From NCBI GenBank assembly GCA_012295275.1, contig CM022674.1:6634001-6698000 (forward strand): DNA of 64,000 nucleotides. The letters are read 5' to 3'. The number at the start of each line of letters is the position of its first letter. The first letter of the stretch is position 1. Positions 54,348 to 64,000 of this stretch are shown here, in pieces. Under the pieces are notes generated by a model. The model saw only the letters and a list, made by a program, of their open reading frames with translations. It made no database searches and was not told the origin of the DNA. Source of the stretch: Chrysomallon squamiferum (Eukaryota > Animalia > Mollusca). The position numbers were made by a program, and so were the translations under genes.

Positions 54348-57300
54348 ACAAATAAATATACATGCAGCATATAAAAACACACAAGTAATGCATTTGTGTA
54401 TCTGTGTGTATGTGTATGTATGTATGTCATTTATATGTACTTACATATATGAATGGGGATGTTTATGTATGTTTGTATATGTGTTTATATATAAATAAAC
54501 AAATTATTACAACTACTCCAAATACCAGTATTATTACTTTTAATCTTCTCCTTAAAGTAGTCACAATAATATATAAAAAATTAACATTCCTTAGTGCATA
54601 TAAGATTTTTCAAATGTTTGAAGTAAGCTTTGTTAACTGACATGAACGTGTATGTAAAATCTAAACATTTTCAGTTCCAGTCAATTATTTCTAAAGCCTG
54701 TGGTTTACTTCAACTGGAAAACATTTTGAAAAACTCACAGTGAAAAACAAATTTAATATTTTTATATACCTCTTCCTGTAACAACGGCAAAATAGCCAAG
54801 AGCCTTCATTGGAAACAGTCTACCTTCCAATATTGATTTGATCTGAAAAATACAAATAACAGAAAAAGAATAAAAATTAAAAAATTTCAATAAAACAAAC
54901 AAACAAAAAAAAATAAAAAAAATAACAACAACACGAACAATAACAGTTTAATAAATATTAGCAATAGTAATAATAATAAATAATAACAATACAATAATAA
55001 CAGTAATATAAAAATAATAAAAATAATAAATAAACAGTTGAAAATCAATATTATACTGTGACATGGACTGAATTTATTCATTTATTACCAATTACTGTTA
55101 CTACTGTACAGCTTTATTTAATCACATTTTTATCTACAACTAATGTCAGTACGAATATTAAATGTTTTCCAAAATGGTTATTTTTTCCTAATTTTAATTT
55201 ATTATTCATTTGTCTCATTCCAGTTATTAAAAATGTAGTGAGTGCTCTGCTCACTGTTCACTACTCACTCTGTCTGGGTTGTACAGGTTACTCTCAGCAA
55301 GGTCGACTTTAGTCAACACGAAGATTGTTCTTTTTCCAGTTGGGTCCATCTGACTCACAAAGTTAGTGACATTACTCCTTTCTGCATCCAGAGAACCATC
55401 TGTTTAATAATGAATAAATAAATAATTTAATGAAAAAAAAAATTAAAAAAAATTAAAAAATTAAAAATTAATAAATGAAAGAAAGAAAAACAAATGAATA
55501 AAGTAAGAAAATATTTAGTGACCATTCACCAGTTTTAAAATTAAGTTTGTTAGTTATTAAAATTATCTTTAAAAAAATAAATTAAAAAATGATGTAACAT
55601 CCTTCAAGACTGAATGGCAGCAGATTTGTCCCCCGTTATCAAGTTATCAAACACATACCACATCCTACGATATACTAGTAACTCTTGTACATGGATCTTC
55701 AAGACAGTTCAAATTATATCAATGGATCCTTTTACATTTAATTTATTCTTTTAAATATCAGTCTTTTTAAATAATGGCAACAATAGAAGCCATTTAAATA
55801 TAAATTAAAAAATAGGTTATGAATAGAAACATTTAAAAAAATCTATTTCTTTACTAACTAAATTCAAAATGCATCTTTAAAAAAAAAAAATAATAACAAT
55901 AAATAGACAAATTTAAAAAAATGAATACTATAAAATGGAAAAAAGATATAAGCCAAGATTTTAATGAAGGATATGTTACTGCATTACATACCTTGAATAC
56001 AGAGAATTATTGCATTAGGATTTTCCATGAAACTCCCACACATTTTATTTATAGCATCTTTGGTGTCTGGTGCCATACCGGTTGTAACAGTCTGTAGTAA
56101 ATAAATAAATAAATAAATAAATGAATAGTTTTATCTAAGAGGTTAAAAAAAGAAGAGAAAATGTGTAATTTTAACATAAAAAGATATGTAATATATATAT
56201 GTATATATATATATATGTGTGTGTGTATATATATATATATATATGTATGTATCTATATCTATCTCTCTCTTTATTCATTTTGCTCCTTCCTCTATGAGTG
56301 TACATGTGCATAAGTTGGAGTACATCTGAACATCTTGTGTGTGTGTGAATCATTATAAGGTTTAAAACTTACTGAAATAATTCCAGGCAGATCTACTAGC
56401 ACCATTCTCTGTAATCCAGGACCTTTCACAGTCATTGAAATACACTGAGATAAAAACATATTATGTTAAAAAAATAATAATAATCAAAAATATTTTAAAA
56501 TTACAGCATAAGCTGAAAAGCATAAATTTAAGGTAATACTAAATATTGTTTTAGGTATAACAAAATAAATAACAAAATTTTTCTTATCAGAAAAATATAT
56601 ATATATAATTATTGTATTTTATTTCAATTTAAAAATTCATATTAATCTATTCTTACTATATTGTTTTCTAATATGATCTAGATTATTAATATGGTATAAA
56701 AAGGCAAAATGAATCCATTCAGGCATAACAGAATATAACTGAAAACATATCTTTAGAAATTATTACTGAAATGAAACAATGCAAGTAAAAACAAATAATT
56801 ATTTATTTACCTCAGTGCTGACCGTTTGACCTTTTTTCACAGAGGTGTTCATGCGTAACTCAACTTCTCTTCTCAGGGCAGCAAGCTGAAAAAAAAGAAA
56901 TATTCAAGTCAGCACATACCTCAGAGTTTGATATCAAATACTTGAACACAACCATGTATTACACTAAATCAATTTTTTTTTTTTAAATTTACATAAACAG
57001 ACATAATATATTCTTAAACATTTTGTCGCTGGGTTAAGAGGACTCCACCCATTCCCCACCCTCACATTCATCAGAAACACTATTTTTTTATTTATTATTT
57101 ACTATGTAGCTGATGAAATTTTAAAACATGTGGTTCACTTATCTTCAGAACATTTTTATATTAATTTTTCAACTCATTAAAAAATCAAAGTTAAAAGGTT
57201 TTCAATTAGATTCTTTGCTATTCTTGGCAACACTGAAGATTATGGTTTTATTTTTCTTTAATCAACTATAAACATTTTACCACAACATGCATACATGGCA

Positions 57301-60300
57301 AACAGACTTAAAACTTAAATTTTTCGGGGGGGAAATGTAAATATGATTAGCTTTAAGAGCTAAATGTAAAAACAAATTTGACATAAAGTTGGTACAAATT
57401 ACAGAAAATAACTAACAAAAGAAACGTACGTCTGACTCCTTGGTGAGGTCAAATTCTCTGCTGCTGTCTTTGAACTGAGCGACGTGGTAGGGCCCTTCAC
57501 TCATAGTCACCATCACTGGTGCCCTTGTCATCATCTCACCTGAACCTCTGTAAAACAAAATGTCTGTTTCAACCTGCGTAAAATGGACAAAAGTACAACA
57601 TCCTGCATAAAATGGAAAAATTAATAAACCTGTATTTTTGTAACAATTCTGAATTTATTGTTTTTCAAACTGGGTCAGATGATAATTTGATATTTTTTTG
57701 TTTATATATTTTTTTTCTTTTAAAAAAAAAAAAGCCTTTTTTTTTAAATTACTGCTGTTTATAAATATAGTTATCAAATTCATACCTCGGAAATATTCTT
57801 GCTTGCACCAGCATCTCCAGAACACTTGTTTTACCCGAACTTTGGTCTCCTATAACAACCACCTGAAATCAACCAATAAATAAATAAATAAATAAATAAA
57901 TAAACAAATAAAAAAATAAATAAATAAATAAATAAACAACAAATAAACACACAATAATTAGAATATTTTTTCACAGTAGTTCTTATATGATATAAATTTA
58001 TCTTTTAAAACCTTTCTCCTTCCTTTTTTTTTTAAAAAACAGAAGAAGCAAAAAACTTTAAAAATGATAATCAGTAACACATAATAAGACTTATAACAGG
58101 TTTTTTATATTTATTATTTTCTGTAGACAAAGGTACATGATATTTTGTTTATGTAAATATTTATGTGTTTGTCAGATAGAACAGAATTTACTCACTCGGG
58201 GTAGGTTGTCCTGTGTGTTGTAACTTGAATCATAAACACTGAGCTCATCCAGAACATCAGAGTACATATCTATCAACGATTTCTGTAATTAAATATCAGT
58301 TTTATATCAGCTCAGATTTATTAAAGATATAATAAAAAAATAAAAAATAAAAAATAAAAAATAAAAAAATAATAAAATAAATAAAATAAAATAAAATAAA
58401 ATAAAATAAATGGATGCTTCTGAAAACAGGACTGCCTATAAATAGGAAATCTCCTCAAAACCAAACAAATTATCCTTCTTGTAAAATAAAACCTCAATAA
58501 AACAAACACCTGTCTAAACCAAAGTTTTTACACAGTCCAAGCAACTGTAAGGTCTTGGGAACTTTCTGCTAATTATCAGTTAATGATTTGATTTATGAAA
58601 TAATTAAATTCTTGTTTGAAAGATGTAAGACACTGGACAAACCTTCATCACTCTTTTTTTTCCTGATTTCATTTCTTTCAACATGAGTTGTTTTCTCAAC
58701 TCTTTGTTTTCTCTTTCCAGCCTCTCAATCTCCTTCTGATATCTGGCCTGCATTAAACAATAATAATAATAATAACAGTAATAATCATAATAATAATAAT
58801 AATAATAAAATATAATAATAATACAGTAATAATAACAATAACAGTAACAATATTTACAGTGATATCAAAAGTATTATTAATAACTACAATAAGAACAGTA
58901 ATAATATCAATATCAATAAAAAAAATAACCAATTAATAAGAGTAGTAGTATTGTTATAATGCTACTCTATGTCAAAAAAATAATTTACCAACTTAGAAAA
59001 AGAAAATCAAAGTTACTAATCACTTGTCAGGAAATTTACATGGATGAATACAACACACACACACACACACACAGATTTACAATTTGTATGTTAAAAAGAT
59101 GTTACTAAATATTCATCATAAACCAACCTGTACAGCCATCATTTCACTCTGAATCTGATCCAGCCTTGCTTTTCCCGAGGTCTGGAACAAATTACAAATA
59201 AGATTTTAACTTTAGTTTTGTTATTAAGTCTCAAAACACAGCCGTTATAATAAAGGTAACAATTGTGAAAAAAGGTATCTGTGTCATAACATGAGATAAA
59301 TTACTAAACAGAAGCAACAATATTTTGTTCTACATACCTTCGCATAGACAGTGGCATAATTAAGGTAAAGCAAGTTTCACACAAGTCCTGAAGTACTTTC
59401 AATTAAATTTAACTGATTTTTTTAGTTGATTTTAAAGAAAAATTATCTGAAAGATATGAATTAGATATCTGGACATTGCTTGCCATAGATGCTATTTTCC
59501 AGATACAACATTGTGCAAATAGTTCCTAAAAACAGACTGGATATGAAGGATACCTTATGATGAGACTGAAATTAAAATAAAAAAGTGTGCTAGAATGGGA
59601 AAAGACCTAATAGAAGCAGTGAATAAGATGGATAAAAAAAAAAACATATATGAAAAATGTAAATAATGTCGATAATATTAACACAATTTTTTTTAAAAAT
59701 TACTGAAGTCTTATAACAAATTACTAATAAATCATAAATGTGTGTTTATTTAAATAAATGTTTTTTGTTTTTTTTTTTTTTTTGTTGTTGTTGTTTCCAA
59801 GTTAGCATTAAATGGAAACTATTTATTAATACATTAATTTTAATAAATAAAAAAACAAACATTAAATCAAACCTATTTCAAAAAACATTATTTTTAATTC
59901 AAAACAAAAGTATATATTTTTTTTAAAGTTAGTGTTAAATAGAAGGTCTTTTTAATAAAATATTAATTCAGTAGAAAATGGAAGTTTTTATTATTTCTTT
60001 AAATTTGGCATTAAATCAAAACTATCTAATAATACATTAATTTTAATACAAATAAAAGTTAATATTTTTAAAGTTAGCATTAAATCAAAACTGTTTAATA
60101 ATGTATTAATTTTAATACAAAACAAATCTTTTTTCTTCTTCTATTTTTTTTTTTATATATATATTTTGCATTTAACAGCTTTATTTAGTAAAAAATTAAT
60201 TTTAGTAGAAAACAAAACACACACTCACATCTGGTTTTGGTTCAACAGCAGATCTTGTACTTCCTCCATATATCACTCCTGTAGATGTCATTGACAAGTC

Positions 60301-60844
60301 AGCATCTAAATAAAAACACCAGAATTATTTAATATGTACATTGAAGGTATATCACATAGCTATATGACGATTAACAAAATACAAAATCAATGTCTTCAAA
60401 TAAATATAACACCATAAGATGAAACTGACAGATCAGCATCTAAAAAAAAAAAAATTCCCCCCAAAACCACACCAATATCATTTGCTTTATATTATATACA
60501 TTGATACAATAATATCATTATTTATAAAAATGGAAGATAACAAAGTACAATTCAAGATAGCTACAAAGTACACTGAAATACATAAGCAAAAACAAATAAT
60601 AAAATACACAAGAATAAAAATATTCCTAAATGAAAAGTATCACAACTAACTAAAAACTGTAGTAAGAAATGCCAAATATCAAAGAAACAAAACTGAACAG
60701 GGATGTGTTTGATTTATGTGTGTGACATGTGTGAGCATCTGTGTGTGTGTCTGCTAGAATTTGGCAGTGAATGAATATTTTCTGTGTTGTGTAGATGTTG
60801 TTATTATGTTGTTTATGTGCATTTTTTGTTTTATTGTGAAGGTT

Positions 60845-60893
<49 letters not shown>

Positions 60894-63800
60894 CAAAAAG
60901 GGGAGGTAATAAGAGAAAGAAAAACAGTGTAAAAGACTGCTTATTGGAATGCAGTTATGCAACAACCTATTGATATCGTAAAAGAACAAGTTTATTAAGT
61001 TAATAAAACAAGAAGCATTCTATTTTGATGCAAGTAAGTAAATTAGTAAGTGGAAATCAAATCACAAACTTGTAAACAACTGCAGGTAAAAGATATATTA
61101 ATTAACATTTTACAAAAGAACAGTTCTGATACTGTAGCACATCTGTAAAAAGGAAGCAAAGGTATAAATTACCCTGCCCACTACTAGTGTGCAGAATCCA
61201 AGAACACATCTTGGTTGTCAAACAAAAAAAACACAATAATATTTATCTCTACTTCACTTTAACACAGAAAGAAAACAGAAAAATAAGAACAAAACATAAA
61301 AAATTATCAAAAATAGTAATTAAACACAAAAAATAAATGAACAAAAAAAAAAAAAAAAATAATAATAATAATTTATCTATGAAATTAAAAACTTAAATCA
61401 ATATTATGAATTTTTAATTGTTTTATTATTCAAATTAGCTGTAATTTTTTAATAAAACAAAACAGTTTTGATGAATGTTCAGATAGTTTTAATCATCACA
61501 CTCACTGACTCTGACTATGAAGAATGAAAATCAGAACTCAAGGAATATTCTAAACAAGTAAATATTCTCTAATAATCATACAACAGAGTTTGAACTACAT
61601 GTATCTGCTGACAGTTTCAAGAGCATTCTAAATTTTATTTACAGTTATATGTGTCAAAAATCCTTAATACTGTTGCATAATCTTAATTATTGTTTTTTTT
61701 TTTTTTTAAATTGAGTTTCAGATTCATATAAATAATATAATAAACATAAATTTAACAAACTATATTATTGCAAGTAAATTATTAAACTAATTATGAAAAA
61801 AAACCCACACACAGACCCACTTAACACAAGTATAACAGTTTGTGCATTGTGTTCTTTGCACATTTTTTATAGTGAGTTAAATTCTATATGTACACACACA
61901 TATCTTTGTTTTAAGTTGTTATTATACTGCAAACTTTTATGAATAATAAACAAATAAATAAATACACAAATAAATAAATAAATAACGCCAGTGTTCTTGA
62001 ATTCTACAAACCTGAAGAAGAAACACCATCGACAACTTGCAAATCTTGTTTTAATGCCAAACCTGACACTGAAAGTAAGACCACAATTCCTCTGACAGAT
62101 ATATTTATTTAAAAAAAATAAAATATATATATGTATATATAAATTAAAAAAATTAATAAATACATTTTAAATTACTAGGATCAGTTTAATCCAAGAGACA
62201 CAAAAGCGAGCACTGAGATGTATCTTCTATGAAGCAAAGTGAATAACTTATAAAAAAAACTTTCGGTTCTGTAACAAAGATACCTATCTCAGGATCTGTC
62301 AACAGAATTAATGTTTAATGACATCTCAGCATAAGATTGTATCTGTTATGTGTCTTTTATGAGGTAAATAAATTATTGATATAAAGGAAACTGATGACAA
62401 GCAATAATAATATTGTAAAAACAACGTTCTACATCAGTGACAAAGGTAAGCATAAAAATTACAGTTACTGTTTTTGAAATGATTTGTAAACAAAAGATTA
62501 CTTCTCAGAAACTAAAATGACTGAAGGCTAAAACTGAAAGCTCTGTTACTTCATAAATTACAACACTGTGTTAGCAGAAACACAGTAACTGAAACGAAAT
62601 ATTCAAAACTGAAATATTCGTAAACAAATATTAATATAATATGAAACAAATTTAAAATTATTATTTGTATTATTAAAGAAAAAAAGAAGCAGACAATCAA
62701 ACAGAAAAAATAATAACAGTAGCACTATAATTTTACATTAATGCAAAACATAAAAAGTAAAAATAATATTAATAACTTAAAGAAACAAAATATAGCAAAT
62801 AATTTTTTTTTTTTTGATATATATTTGGTGCTGGGAAATGCTAACAAAAAATGCAAAAAACAAAATTACCATTTTTACCTTCCATCAAGGTTGAAGCAAG
62901 GTCACCACTAGGAGTACTGACATTTTCTTCCAGCCAGTTAGAAAGAGCCTCTTTCTGAGCCAGAAATTGTACTCTTAGCCACTCCTAGAAACACCAATAC
63001 AAACACCTCACATTATTATTATTCTTATTATTATTATAAAACAAAATATAATGATGCTTTGTCTGAAGATATTAACAGATATGCTGTAATGCATATTAAA
63101 GGTAAATCGAAGTTATTATCCTTAATGAAATTTTATCTATAATGGTGAAAAATAGGATACGGAAGAAAGGATGAGTCTGGTTATTATAAAGACAGAGGTG
63201 TAGGGAGACAGAGAGAAATCAATAAGAAAGATAAAAAGTACTAGAAGAAATACAAAAGAAGAAAAGAAGAAAGCACAGCTGAAAAGTAGAACCAAAATGA
63301 TTGGTAATTACCTTTCTTACTTAATTACTTAAATGTTATGGATTCAAATATTTTTTATGGAAATGATTCGAAAATAGTGTTCTTACTTAAGTAATTAAAA
63401 TCTGACAAAATTTTATTGGAAAATACTTTTCTTACTTAAATTTTTTTTTTAAATGTACAACTTTTTATTACTTAAGTTAAGTAATAAAAAGTTGAACATT
63501 TAAAAAAATTATTTCAAAGCATTACTAGATCTTTTTTAAAAGGTGTTAAAGCTGACTAATACATTTCTTGTAATGTAAAGCAACTTAAAAAGTCAAAACT
63601 AGATTTTAATCAAAGAGGTTATGTTTTGGGATAACTATACTTCTATATTAATCTATAAAAACATGTTTTAATAAAAAAAATATAATAAAAAAAATAATTA
63701 TAAAAATAACAATAATAAAAATAATTAATAATATTAATAATAACAATGATGATGATGATGATGATTATTATTACAATTATAATTATAAAAATAAAATTAT

Positions 63801-64000
63801 ATAATAATAATAATAGTAATAATATTAATTACAACAATAAGAACAAAAATAATAATAACAGTAATAATAATATTAATGATAACAATAACAATAATAATAT
63901 TACTGTTTCTGGCATACGAATCTTCCTTGCAGCTTTTCTCACGGTAGAAAGAATTCTTTCCATAGCTTGAGACTCTGGTACATAATCATTCATCCACGAA
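47086..64000 (-). CDS. OPA1: Dynamin-like GTPase OPA1, mitochondrial; multi-exon, 5' end beyond right edge
   Basis: Exons (minus): 64000-63904, 62984-62879, 60305-60229, 59181-59128, 58747-58643, 58282-58196 ([14 protein letters not shown]...NLPR), 57862-57786 ([18 protein letters not shown]1 motif), 57547-57430 ([11 protein letters not shown]), 56885-56811, 56444-56373 ([16 protein letters not shown]), 56091-55992, 55399-55269 (DGSLDAERS...TIFVLTKVD), 54842-54770, 54298-54226, 53722-53607, 53153-53089, 52583-52507, 52010-51918, 51614-51542, 51079-50924, 50497-50389, 49885-49752, 49305-49219, 48843-48727, 48065-47972 ([11 protein letters not shown]), 47569-47459 ([12 protein letters not shown]), 47150-47086 ([18 protein letters not shown]). 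Confidence 0.96.
48160..48715. repeat. Degenerate intronic tandem repeat (ttatcattagcaaagaatg...aagatatttag)
   Basis: Five to six imperfect copies in one OPA1 intron. Confidence 0.65.
63444..63508. repeat. Near-perfect AT-rich palindrome (32-bp arms, 1-nt spacer)
   Basis: tttttttaaatgtacaactttttattacttaa g ttaagtaataaaaagttgaacatttaaaaaaa; one mismatch. Confidence 0.85.

Noticed and set aside
61173-61209. Possible extra OPA1 micro-exon (good donor CAGG|GTAATT)
   Set aside because: The nearest acceptor gives 37 nt with an in-frame TAG; not frame-compatible.

Overview
Very AT-rich, microsatellite-dense animal genomic DNA with short introns (mollusc/cephalopod-like by style; this is inference only). 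It holds four spliced genes: ELYS/AHCTF1 (- strand, 5' part, runs off the left edge), a divergent SLC35F6-like transporter (-), myeloid leukemia factor MLF (+) and OPA1 (-, 5' end beyond the right edge). There is also one tRNA-Pro(AGG) gene. The standout structure is 27298-30653. A 5'-truncated, intron-less, polyadenylated PCCA mRNA copy, with a pogo/Tigger-like transposon end fused to its 5' side, lies between two identical 279-bp direct repeats. The repeat begins inside the tRNA-Pro gene. This looks like a very recent retroposition with an exceptionally long target-site duplication that left the tRNA intact. Other observations: tandem arrays built from splice acceptors, a predicted GC-AG intron, a Tigger transposase relic, a MITE, a candidate alternative first exon of MLF and a candidate cassette exon of OPA1. 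All exon boundaries were read by eye and homologies are recognised from memory, not from searches.
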